Assembly (NCBI GenBank): GCA_027604505.1
Contig: JADIIX010000011.1
Location: 124,001-188,000, forward strand
Reading direction: 5' to 3'
Length of the DNA stretch: 64,000 bases
Origin: Gonapodya sp. JEL0774
Taxonomy: Eukaryota
Both the position numbers and the translations under genes were made by a program. The notes below the pieces were generated by a model, which was not told the origin of the DNA, did not search any database, and worked only from the letters and a program-made list of their open reading frames with translations. Shown in pieces: positions 11,760-23,792 of the stretch (positions within the stretch are counted from its first letter, which is position 1; each line of letters starts with the position of its first letter).

Positions 11760-14311
11760 CTAAGTCGGAAAAGAGAGCTCCTCATACTCCACCATCTCTC
11801 TCTTTGCTCTCTTATCCACCTGCCACAGGCTCGGTTCTCGCGGACGCTTATTTCCGTTAACACTCTTACCTTCAATTTCAAACAGATCTCCGCCACCCGA
11901 CCCTTCCAACTCCGTATCGTCATTATCTCCATCACACCAGCCATCTTCCCCAAAGCCTTCCCCCACGTTCCCATCTTCGTCTTCTTCCAGAAGTCCCTCA
12001 CCATTGACCTCCACACCGTCGTCATCATCCTCCACCTCCACTTCCACAAGTTCCTCTCCATCATCCTCGGCGTCTCCCAAATCAGCCTGCCCATACCAAC
12101 CCGCAATCACCGCCACCACCATATTCATCAATCGTGCCAACCTCTTTCTTTCTTTCTCCATCTCCTCTCCATTATCGTTTGCCTGCACCGAACTCATGCC
12201 CCGCCTTAACTCCCTCACCCCTCGCACTAAATCCCTCACCACACTCCACTGCTCTCCGGTAAGCAGCGCGTGGTCCAAGTTTGCTAGCAAGGCGATCAAC
12301 CACGTGAAAAATCGGGTCGACGGCGATGTGGGGAGTACGGATGATCGGCAAACGGTTGGGAGGGGGAGCCAAATGTGATGGAGTCGGAGGAGATGGAAGG
12401 TCGAGCGCTGGGGGAAGAGGGCGTAAATTTAATGAGAGGCGTGAGCGTCACGCCGCTCTCGATGCACGCGCAAGCCGACTCACCTGGTCTATCCTGGATA
12501 CCACGCTCACATACGGCGGAACTTCGCTCACGCTCTCTTCCTTTCCATCCTGCTTCCGCTGCGCATCTGGTTCTTCGCCATCATCCGCATCGTCGCCTTT
12601 TTCCTTTTCCATTCTCTTCCTACCCTTAACACCATACAAGAACCACTTCCAGGCTCCATCATCTCCATGGTCCGGGACACGGATGTGTTCCAGCACTCGA
12701 TGGTTTTCGTATAGAGGTTTGGTGGGATCGATTTGCTCAACTTCAACCTGGGGCTCATTGTTAGAATGATCAGCTCCAACCGCAGTGTCCCACGCCTCTG
12801 CATCCACGATCCTCCACGCACCACTCCACGCACTCGAAAAATTGTCAATCCACCCTCCTATTCGGCTGCCTTTCCCACGCGCTCTCTCAATTCCATGAAT
12901 TTCTTGCTTCGTATCAAACGACCTCGGCTCATACATCCCCACTGTGGTATCAAACCAGTGCGGGTGCTGCTCAGAGGGTGGAACCGGCTGCCAAAGGCCC
13001 ATACCAGTTAATGGGTCGATTTGGAGTCCTGGTGGCTGTTGAGGGAGCGTGGACATCTCCGTGTCCGCGGAGACAGAAGCTTGTGGCCTTTCACCCGCTT
13101 CCTGGGTGATTGGTTCGAGTGCGTCACAGAACTCTATATCCATCGCCTCTTGCCCCGCAAGTGACTTTTCCGGGGTTTCCAGCCCCCCAAACCCAGACAT
13201 ATCCACCCGTATCGCACCCACCCAAAACCCTGTATCATCCGGTTCACCATCTTCCACCAGTATTTCCTCTTCCTCATCTTCTCCGTCCCTTTCTTCTTCT
13301 TCTTCCTCCTGACCTTCCTCCCACTGTGGACGACCGCTATCTGCCCTCCTCCTCCTCAACTCCGTTGCCAGCTCTCGAAACCACCCTAGAAACTTCTTTT
13401 TCCACCCCTTCGGTGGCAGCAATGCCTTATCAGTCGCCTCGATAATGGCCTGGTCTGCCAAGGTAGCTGCAGCAGCGAGACGAGCTTGGAGGAGGAGTGG
13501 GTGGGCGGACGAGGAGTCTATGAGTTCCGGAGATGGCGTAGTTGTGAGGGGTGGGTTGGAGGTGAAGAGAGTGGGGAGAAGGAGGGCTTGGTCTCTGGAG
13601 AGGAAGAGAGAAAGGACGAGCGGTTAAATCTGAAGAGGGAGACTGTAAACTGCGTTGTCAATGAGACCCTGGCACACCGCTTCTTAAGCTCCAGCTTTTG
13701 CCCTCCCTAGGCTGCGCGCTGCAGATCACTTCCTTCTTTAAACACTAGGCCACTTCCGTTCACAAACTCAAGATTACACAATTTGTTTGGGATTTCATCC
13801 TGAACAGGCAACATGTTTTTTTCACTGACCTGACCGTCCTCAAATACTCCAATCCATCCACTGGATCCCCCTTGATTGGATACGCCGCAACGGGTAGTGC
13901 TTGTCTTGCAAGTCCGTCGTATGTCTTGGACTCTCTATCCCAATCACGGCCCTGTGCGAAAGAATCTGCCGAATCCGGGTCCGGCTCTGCACCTGCTTTG
14001 CCTCCTCCAGGGCCACCACGCTTCCGTTTTCGAGGGGCCTTTGAGGAAGAACTCGTAGTGGGTTGGGTGTGGTGTTTTGAAGGGGGGATGACAGTCGGTA
14101 CTTCCAGGCCAGACACATCCGAAAGACCAGACACGCCCGATAAGACAGAAATCGGCACGGACTCAGTATCCAAAGCATTTTCTACCGGAACAAATGTTCC
14201 ATCGTCCTCAATTTCACCGTCCTCGTGTTCGCCTGTGTCGTTCAAAGCAAGGTGCGCAGCGGCAACGACAACTTCATGTTGCGGAGACCTGAGTGAATGC
14301 CCCGTTTTCAT
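11760..14311 (-). CDS. Gemin2/SIP1 (Brr1-like) SMN-complex protein with long acidic insertions
   Basis: N-terminal PVDGLEYLRTVR and C-terminal ALLANLDHALL...MNMVVAVIAGWYGQADL match the Gemin2 terminal motifs; three exons. Confidence 0.7.
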
Positions 14312-14499
14312 GCGTTCAAATGAAGATTCGACACGGATATTGGTAGCCTGGACTCAAATGAAGGATTAAAAGTAGATCAAAGCGCTGAAGGTAAAAGGGA
14401 GGGGAGCCGTGCATGTGGGTTTATGTTTTAGGGGACGGGTCGCCATGACAGGGGTCTTGTATACGAAACAGATCTTCACCTATCTCCATAACTTCCGCC

Positions 14500-16942
14500 A
14501 TGTCTGTCGTCGACAGAATTAAAGAGGTAGAGACATTCTCAAAATGCCCTTTTGAACTCTTTGTGAATCAACGAGCGATTCTTTCAATCACAAGGTCGAG
14601 CTCGAAATGGCTCGCACCCAGCGAAACAAGGCAACCGCCTTCCACTTGGGTGTCCTCAAGGCGAAACTCGCAAAACTCAGACGTGAACTTCTTACGGATG
14701 GTGGAAAGGGTGGTGGTGGTGCCGGTGTGGGATTTGACGTGGCCAAAACGGGAGTCGCTCGTGTCGGTTTCGTTGGTTTTCCGTCAGTCGGAAAGTCAAC
14801 CCTCATGTCTAAATTGACTGGCGTGCATTCGGAAGTCGGAGCTTATGAATTTACAACGCTCACCACGGTGCCAGGTGTGATCCAATACAAGGGTGCAAAG
14901 ATCCAAATGCTCGACTTGCCCGGCATCATTGAAGGTGCCAAGGACGGAAAGGGTCGTGGACGACAAGTGAGTTAATCTGGTCGGGGTGACATATTTGGAA
15001 CAAGTTGGAGCTGGTTACGCGTGGTTATGGCGCGCTGGTTGAGTGGGGTTAAATCGCCCGGTGTGCAAATCAACAGCCCGCGGCCAGTCAAGAAAGCCGT
15101 CTCAGTCATTCAAAAGTGCTAGATCTGTTAAATTTTGAAACCTGCGAACTTGGCGTGACGCAAGTACTGCTGAGAAGGTTGACGAGCCGACCGAGACAGG
15201 CGTGATTCCACGGAGTACGCAAATCTTAGAAGTCCAAGGTCTTGTCATGGAGGAGCCATGCGCTGGTTGTAATTAAAAGTAGGTGGAGACTGCGCCTCTC
15301 TGGTGATGGATTTGTTGCAGCAAGGTGTTGGCCTGAAGGGGACGGCATCACCTCCATGCTAGTTTCAAGGTTTGCTGACAGTGGAATGGACCACCATACT
15401 CACCGAGCACTCTCGGCCAGGAGTGTAGATGCTATAGTGATTCAAAAGCTTGCTGTTGAACTTATACGCCCCTTTATCAAGGTCATTGCCGTCGCTCGCA
15501 CTTGCTCCCTGATCTTCATTGTCCTGGACGTTCTCAAACCCCTTACCGATAAACGTATCATCGAACGTGAACTCGAAGGGTTCGGTATCCGACTGAACAA
15601 AAAGCCACCCGAAGTCACCATAAGAAAAAAGGAAAAGGGAGGGATTAGCATGAGCGCGACGGTCACGTTGAGCTATTTGGATCAGGAGCAGGTTAAGGCA
15701 ATTCTCGGGGAGTATAAGATCCATAATGCAGATGTGTCCTTCCGGTGTGATGCGACGGTAAGTTGAAAAACGTTTTGAAACGGAAGGAATATTGCGCACA
15801 AAGGAAGCGAGATTCAATTGGGAGGCAGTGTTCGAGTTTTGCAGTGGACGGTTGCGCTCATGGAAAAATTTGGGTGACAAGGAGAAATTGGTGCTGTACG
15901 CCCTTGGGGCCAAGTCTGGTGATGGAATCTGGTATGGGAAGCAAATCCACGCTGATGTTTCTTGTCGTGCCTGTGCGTTCCTTTTCATCGAACGGCACCC
16001 AATGTTCCGAGACTCACTCTTTATTGGGCGGGGTCGCGATTTTGGGGGAAATGTAATCTTCGATCCGGTGGAGTACAGTGGGAGCTGTGTTGGAGCACAG
16101 GGAGATCCTCATTGCTTTTCCGGTCGTGTTGTATGCTTCTTTCTACACGCACCTCACCCGCCATCCCATTTTATCTTCTCTCTTGAAATCTCACCTATTC
16201 TCATTTTCCATGAAATGCCGACATTCGAAGGTTGATGAATTCATCGACGTAATAGAAGGAAACCGGATTTATATTCCTTGCATTTACGTTTTGAACAAGA
16301 TAGACCAGATCTCGGTGCAGGAGTTGGATGTTATATACAAGGTTTGTTTATGATATCCTAGGCCACCTTTCGTGTCCCGGTTGTCTTCGCTAGGTAACTG
16401 TCCTTCGTGACCACCTTCTATTGTCGACAAACACAACCCCTTAGATTCCACATGCCATCCCCGTCTCCTCCCATCATGGATGGAACTTTGACGATCTGCT
16501 AGAAAAGATGTGGGAGTATTTGGATTTGAATAGAATGTGAGTGGAGGTTTCGCTGGTGTTTACACTTCAAATCCAACTTTCACTCTCGGCCTCCTGCCTT
16601 TCCCCCTTCCGTGCTCTCTTCTACTCACCCAACAGCTACACCAAACCGAAAGGTCAACTTCCTGACTACGCTAGTCCTGTTGTACTTCGTCGCGATAAGA
16701 GTTCTGTGGAAGATTTCTGTAACAATATTCACAAGCAGTTCGCGAAACAGTTCAAGTATGGTTTGGTGTGGTGCGTATGTGGAGAGACAACAGGCGTTTG
16801 GAGATTGTGCGTCTCCTAATCAGACTCTTCTTCGCTCTTTCTGTTATGCAGGGGCTCTTCGGTGAAGCACAATCCTCAAAAGGTCGGACTTACACACGTT
16901 TTACAGGACGAGGATGTGGTGCAGCTGGTGAAGAAGTCGTGA
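14500..16942 (+). CDS. RBG1: Developmentally regulated GTP-binding protein 1 (DRG1/Rbg1)
   Basis: [68 protein letters not shown] tail [24 protein letters not shown]. Confidence 0.97.
15010..15201 (+). ncRNA. Candidate intronic H/ACA-like snoRNA in a DRG1 intron
   Basis: Inside a 515-nt intron: hairpin (GCTGGTTGA 15034-42 / TCAACAGC 15070-77), hinge AGAAAG at 15091, second stem CTCAGTC/GACCGAG, then ACA at 15196. H box non-canonical; no target identified. Confidence 0.35.
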
Positions 16943-17277
16943 GCACGAGGAGGTGGTTTGACGAGTGGTGTATCAGGTGCCAGCAGTGCAGGTGGTTTAT
17001 GTGAGCTGGGCCATCTAATTTGGTACACTGTGAAGGAGACGTCGAAGCTTAAAGTGATAATCGTCGAGAGAAAGATTGAGTGGATGTGTGAACAGTGACA
17101 GTGTGAATGGAATTGAAATTTTGTTGTATCTCGTAGTGAGTGGGTTACCCCGGTTTCAAATTAGATAGTGCACAACATGTAGTAACAGAGCGAACGAGGG
17201 GGGAGCAATGGAACAACAGAGGGTATCTGTGGATCTACATGGAATTCGTGATCTTTATTTCAACAACTCAATCCCAG

Positions 17278-18578
17278 TTAAATCTTGTATCCATTTTTTG
17301 CAGCCACCTTGCTTACTATCTCCGCCATATTTTCAAAAACTTGCATGGCACTTTGGCCAACCTGCAAGTTCACTCCCCGTTCATTATCCTCACTATTCTG
17401 CACAGCACCGGCAGAGCCGCTGATGATTTCCCAGCCACCGCGACCAAGAATCCGGAGCTGGCCTGTGCGAAGGTTCAAATCAACGCAAGGGACGATGTGC
17501 CCGTGAGGGCGGAACGTGTAGGAAGGAGTTGAGAGGAAAGTCGTTGTTGTAATGTTCGACAAGTCCGATCCAAGCGCTTTGTGGGGTCCACCAAGCTCCG
17601 CGGATGTTGAGAATGGCCACAAGTCTGCTGCGCCCACACTCTCACAAACACTATAGCTCACCACCCACTCTCCCTGTTCCACGAACCAACGACCCGACAC
17701 ATCATCGTACGGCGACCAAGGGTGATTGACCGGGCCGGAAAGCCACAACCCACCACGAGGGGCAATGCCAATTGCTCGAGCTGCTTCAAGCAAGCGAGGT
17801 GGCACAGGAGCTGAAGGATGTGGCGGTGGTAAGGAGCGGAAGTTTTGAAACCGGGTGCGGTGGGACTGTGAAGTTGCGGATGTGGGAGAGATAGCAGCAA
17901 GAACACCGGTTGATGGTGTGAAAACGATGGTAGTGTTGGGAATGGGTACGGATACATCTAGTAGTCGAGATCGTTTGTGAGTTGAGCGTAGTGCTAACAA
18001 GGCTTGCTGCAATTACCGTCAAATCCCGAACCTGGCAGCAGTGTAGCATTGCTGATGTTCACGGCAAGGTCACCGCGGCAGAGCCTATGCTGTGGTATGT
18101 CTTCCTGAACAATTGCCCATTCCACTTTCGACTCGGCGCTCAGAGAGAACATGAAAACCTGAGAGGTGAACAACTTCACTCAACCAATCGCTATGACAGT
18201 ACAGTGGAATCACCAACTTACCTGTTGGAGCCATAATACATACTCTCCCATCATTTCAATTGCAACACACCAAGCACCATGTCCGAGGGAGCGGAGACCG
18301 CCATCGTAGTCACGACGGCGGCACTCCTCTAAACATAATCACATTGAAGTCATCAGACAACGGGTTGTGGACACTGCATTGGACATACGTATGTTCGACA
18401 ACGTACCACTGCAATATCGAGGGATAGGTTGTCGGCATTGTAAGCATGTGAAAGTAAGTCGAAAGGGAGTTTCCGGTATTAATTTTTTACAGTCTGAGTT
18501 CGAACAATGATGGAGTCCGTCTGGAATGATTACCGATATTTCGGAAGGGACGCGGAACGGAGAAAACGCTTTTGTCAT
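17278..18578 (-). CDS. Hypothetical protein (~340 aa, 4 exons), no recognised family
   Basis: MTKAFSPFRVPSEIS|WYVVEHTYVQCSVHNPLSDDF...WLQQ|VFMFSLS...ATLLP|DVSVPIP...NGYKI* stays in frame across three GT-AG introns. Confidence 0.65.
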
Positions 18579-18876
18579 TTTTGACAGGCCCTAGTGCCGA
18601 GCCGCGAGATGGACCGCAACGAAGGAAGAGGAACCGCGAGAGAGGCCAACAGGGGGACGGGAAACTCGCGGTCAGCGCACAGGAAGCCACATCCCTTCTA
18701 AAGCTCCAACACCACCAAGATGGGAGACGTCGGTGAAACAAGTTGTGCCGTCAAGCAATTCACAAAAAACGAGGCAGGTGGAAGACTTTTTTGATTAACT
18801 TCCTAGCGTATTAGTACACCATGAGCAATGAATGACACGAGCATAACATTTTGTGATTCGGTAATTCGCTCCCCCC

Positions 18877-21034
18877 CTATTCAAAGTATCGTGGCTTTTT
18901 TTCCAGCATGAATCTTTCGAGTTTGTCCCAGAACTCGGTCACAGTCTGCAAATCCATATGACGCCTGTTTCGATTCACCTGTCAAAGGATGGTAACGATG
19001 TATGATTAGTCTGCGAGATTGGACCCAACGGGTCATTTGTTACAATTGTTTGAACGAATCTGCACTCACACTCAAAGTAACCGTGTTCCACCCCTTGACC
19101 GGATCCTTAACCTCAACATCATGCCACTTCAGATAGAATCCTCGAATATTTTGGAACACCTCACGAGGATCCGTCCATCGCCAATTTGAAAACTGCCATG
19201 GTTGTTCGTGAACGAAGCAAGCCACAACGCGGTCCCTTAGGACGAAAAACGAAATGTGAAGTATTTCGCACGGAAATGAACCAACAAAAAATATCTCACC
19301 ACTCATCGGGCCTAACGCTCGCCCCGTTGTCAACAATTGAAAATACAAGCTCTTTCCCAGATCCAGAGAACGTATGTCGCACATGCACTCGAGGTTCTTT
19401 CGCAGGATTCGCACGACGAATATCGTCGGGATGTTTAAATCTGATGCGAAGCGAAGGGAGAGCAATGGGCGATCGCCGTGTACGGTGCAACCTGACATGC
19501 AGAGAGGCTCACATTCCTCCCTCAAGCAGTTCCTTGACATTATACATTTGCACCAACGCAGTGCTCAAACTTGGTACAATAATGATTGGCGTAGGTGGTG
19601 GTCGGGATGCTGCGCTTTGGGATCTCGAAGTGCTGGGGGCTTTAGACGTGTCGGCAGACCGAGAAGTGGTCGAGTCAACAGGGCGGCGAGAAGAAGATGT
19701 GGAGGAAGTTGGCGGTGCTGAGGGTCGGGAGGTTCCTTGCAGTCATTGTGTACTGGTGTCACTACAAAAAGGGGGACTTTTCCGAGAGAGCAACACACAC
19801 CATCGTGACTTTCAGCTGTCCCGTTGCCATTCACGGCCGGGGCCTGTGGCTTGAGGCTCCAATGCTGCTCTGCAGTTCGACGGACGTGATCGAAGGACTG
19901 AGCGGGAGTGGTACGATTGCGGGAGCAAGCCCCAAAAACAGAAACCAGGGGAGAAGCGGGCCGTGGACGCATAAAATCAGGAGAAATATCGCGGTGGAGA
20001 GAGGAGACGCGTCTTAAGTCTCAGAGAGATTCCACAGGTGCGAACCCTCACCACCAACATATTGATTTCGGCATACCTTGTTTGTACCTTTGGCTTGCAT
20101 CACACTTTTCCTATCCCCAACCGTACTCTCTCTCGACATTATGCGTTTGACGTGAGCCGCGTCTGCGTCGTCGGGAACGGTAGGTCGGGGGCGTTTAGCA
20201 TCATGATCTAATGGAAGATCCGTGTGACGTTTTGCTGGCACAAAACGAGTCGCGGGTGAGTCAGATGTGCGGGTAGACCGTGGACGAAAAGATTCAGCGA
20301 TGAATTCATCTCGCACATGCTTGAGATTCCCATGAAGTAAGGGTTCTCACAGTGGGGAGAAGTACTCCATCCAGAAAACTTCGAATTCTCAACGACGCAT
20401 TAAAGCACCTACCTGACCCAGCAGAATTACCTGCCCCTGCGGGTAATCCTTGTCCCAGAGACGGTGCGCGACCAGAAGAATGACTCATAGGTGCAGTACC
20501 TGTAGTTCCAGAAGCAGAGGTGGTCGGTAGGGATGTCAAAGAAGATGGAAATATGGAAGAGGAGGCAGTGGTAACTGCTGCAGCGAGCGACGCCTGGTCA
20601 GGCCACGGGATGTTGTCTTCGGGCACTTTTCCAAGCAGATAGTCAATGAGAGGTCGGATATCAACCAGTGCAACATTTTGGACGCCTGTCGCAACTGCCG
20701 TCCGAATGTAATCAGAAAATTCGGATGTAGGAGGTGCTTCCCCTGTCTCAAGTCGTTGCTGGAAATGTGAAACAAGAAAAGCGACCGTAGAGAGGGGGTA
20801 GCTTCGTGTGCCAGATGGCGTGGAGACGGGGAGTGCCGAAGCGACGTCGCTCCCGAAGGTGATGTGAGTTGCATCCTTCCACGAAGTCGTTGAGACAAAT
20901 GCTTTCCCTCCTGAGTCTGCGTTCACGGCGGCCGATTCCGCGCGCACAAGTAATAGGGGTGTCCGTGCAGCAATCGCTCTACGAACAAGGCGTATTGGTG
21001 TCACAGTCGCAGCGACATTTGTAGTTGTCGTCAT
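18877..21034 (-). CDS. CDC73: Paf1 complex subunit Cdc73/parafibromin
   Basis: PIIIVPSLSTALVQMYNVKELLE, DRVVACFVHEQPWQFSNWRW, RGFYLKW, VNRNRRHMDLQTVTEFWDKLE. Confidence 0.9.
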
Positions 21035-21493
21035 TCAGTCCAATTCAACCAGTCCAGTCCAAGCTTACTCCACAAATCCTTCAAAGCGAAGAAGAGCAGA
21101 AGACGGAAACCCTACAGAATTGAGTTGACACAACGGTTCGATCGTGATGAATTGGATTTTCAAAGGATTTGAAGCATCTGGCTTACATACTACCCGGGAC
21201 ACCACTGCTAAACAGAACGCCAATAATTCCCCCGTCCACATACAAATTGTTGCAACTGTTTGTAAAGTATCCTATGTTCTGATCCTTTGGGCGTTCAGTC
21301 TCACGGGCGACTCAGATGCGTACCTTTCTCGAAAAAGAAAGCTGTACATGTTTTGGCAGTAGTGCTTTCTCTTGAATCTCTGGGTTCATTATAAGAAAAT
21401 ATTCCGGATTTTGGGCTGTGCACAACCATCCAGTGGTCGGGGTTGAGGGTGTGGGTGATGAACTACTGATCGAGGGCTCTTTTCTTTCACTGT

Positions 21494-23624
21494 ATGATGG
21501 TCAAACACATCCGCAAACAGTTTGCTGATGAACAAGTCCCTCCGGAACTCGAAGAGCACACTGTTTCAGAAGACTCATCGGAGGATGTAGATGGGAGCGA
21601 GAGCTCTGGGAGCGTCAGCGAGAACGAAGCAGAAGCGAGTCATATTAAGAGCGAGGACGTGCACGAGTCTCAGGCGCGGTCCGAATTGGCTACACCTCAG
21701 AACGTGAGCCTGCCCTTCAGTGCTGTGGATCGGGAGGATGAGTCTGTGGGGCTAGGTATGTTGCAGAAATGAGACTACGCTCCAGGACCAGTCAAACTCT
21801 GTTTGCAAGAGAACATGGTCGGCAAAAAACTTTTTTCTACATGAAATCCATGTACTTGAAGGTTGTTTGCCTGTACATACTGACGCTGGATCGGGTGGAA
21901 ATGCGGAAACCACGTTCACTGTTTTTCGCCAACACTAAGAAACGCGATTGTTTCCCATGGTTGGGTTCCGAAATGGTTAAGCGTGGAAAAGTGAAGCAAT
22001 ATGTCCCCCAATGCGAGTCACTTCAATACTCTACGAAGAAATGGTTCGCTTGGATGGATTGCCACATACGTTGAACGCCGAATTGACAATTCACCTTCGA
22101 GTTTGACTAAGAGAACAACAGGAGCACACTTAAATATCGTGTCGATTTCTCATATTCTCTGCTTTCGTCTCCAAATTCACCTTTCCATCAATTACTCTCC
22201 ATTTCACGCGATTGTCATTACCCCATATCAACAGATCTTCCCGCCATTAACCTTTCCGAATTCCCCCCTGAACTTCTTGCGCTTGTTCAAAGTGAGCTGC
22301 CTGTCTACGACCGATTAGTACGAGATCTTGAGAGGCGGTGCACGGATGTACAAACAAAAACACCAAGTCTCATTAATAAGTGAGGACGACCTCCAAAGTT
22401 TGTTGGAAGTTCTCTTCATGGTGAACTGCTAAATGCCCTTGGTAATCTGTCTCCAGACTCTCGTCTACCGATACTTCCCATTCCCTTTCTATTCTCGACA
22501 TAAAGCTTCACACACACCTCTCGTATGTATCTCATCTCCTTTTGTACGCTTTGATCCGTATCAATGGGCTGCCTTTGTCGACGGACCCTGCTTTGGATCG
22601 TCTTCTCGAATTGAAGACAGTCCTGGAAAAGATCCGACCGTTGGAAAATCGCTTGGCGTACCAGATCCAAAAGCTGTCGCGAAGAGCAGAAAACAAAGGA
22701 CAAAATGTGGAGCCTCAAGCGGGGGCAGATATTGCGCGAGATCCACTTCGTTTTGGACCTAACCCCAAGGCGCTCACGGGGGATGAGAGTAGCAGCGAAG
22801 ATGATATAGAAGAATCAGCTGCCGGTTCGCGAACCAGAAAGACCAAGTCCTTGGCTGACAACGTTGAAGATAGCATCACTGCAGACAAATCTTCGACATT
22901 ATACCGCCCTCCCCGATTCGCACCCACCTTGCTGGACGGAAGTAGCAAGCGCGAACGTGGACGAACGGACGGCACAGGGCGTGGTGCGTCTCACCAAGCC
23001 GCACGTTCGCGGATCCTCCGCGACCTTAAAAGCCAATTCAGCGATATGCCCGAGGATATGCCGGTAGATGGTACGGGATGGGGCTCGCGTGACGCGGCAG
23101 ACATGACTGAGGCAGAACGTTTCATCAAGGAGAAGGATGCGTTCGAAGAGGAGCACTTTGTGAGGTTGCCCATTAGCAAGAAGGAGCGAAAGGCGAGGAA
23201 GGAACTGGCGAACATGTCGGGTGTCTTGAGGGCCCGGGATGAGCTGGAGGTATGTTCCAGTTTCCGTGACAACCAGTCGAGAATGTCTCCATGAAACGGC
23301 TCAATAATTCCCTAGACTCTCGACGACTTCTCCTCGCTATCTCGGCTCGATTCTCGGGTCCGCCGACTTGATGCTATGACTCACGGGACTGGCGCGCTGG
23401 CACGGTCTAAAAAGCGAGCTCTTGCGGCTGCCGAAAATGACGTAGGCAGCAACAAACGTGCGCGCACAATGGCTGGTGAGGAGTTAGTGGCTGAAGCCGG
23501 TAAAATGGGCCGGACCGTGGGCAAAGACTTGACTAGGGCGAAGCGGAAGTTCGAAAAGGTGCTCAAGAAGAAGAACCGCCGGGACGCAAAGAAGCTCAAA
23601 TCTGGTAGTAGCACAATTCGTTAA
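21494..23624 (+). CDS. LCP5: Neuroguidin/Lcp5 (Sas10/Utp3/C1D family, SSU processome)
   Basis: SLSILDIKLHTHLSY, LLELKTVLEKIRPLENRLAYQIQKL, LYRPPRFAP, FEEEHFVRLPISKKERK; multi-exon. Confidence 0.88.
21910..22069 (+). ncRNA. Candidate box H/ACA snoRNA hosted in LCP5 intron 1
   Basis: Hairpin 1: CCACGTT 21910-16 / AGCGTGG 21980-86, TTTCG/CGAAA, CCAAC/GTTGG. A-rich hinge AAAAGTGA. Hairpin 2: GCAAT 21996 / ATTGC 22058, GCGAGTCA/TGGTTCGC, CTTC/GAAG. ACA at 22064. Pocket 1 complements the conserved 18S sequence UUAACCA-UA-AAC. Confidence 0.7.
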
Positions 23625-23792
23625 CATATGCTTGAACCAACGTAGCACAAACCAATTGTTCACAGCGTAGTTAAGACATACATTCCAACGTATAGAGATA
23701 TCCCTCTTTAATAACTAAAGTTCGACTCCAGCGTCGAATAAAAGATCGTCCAATCTTTATAGCTGTTTCTACAAGTATGTTACCCACAACAA

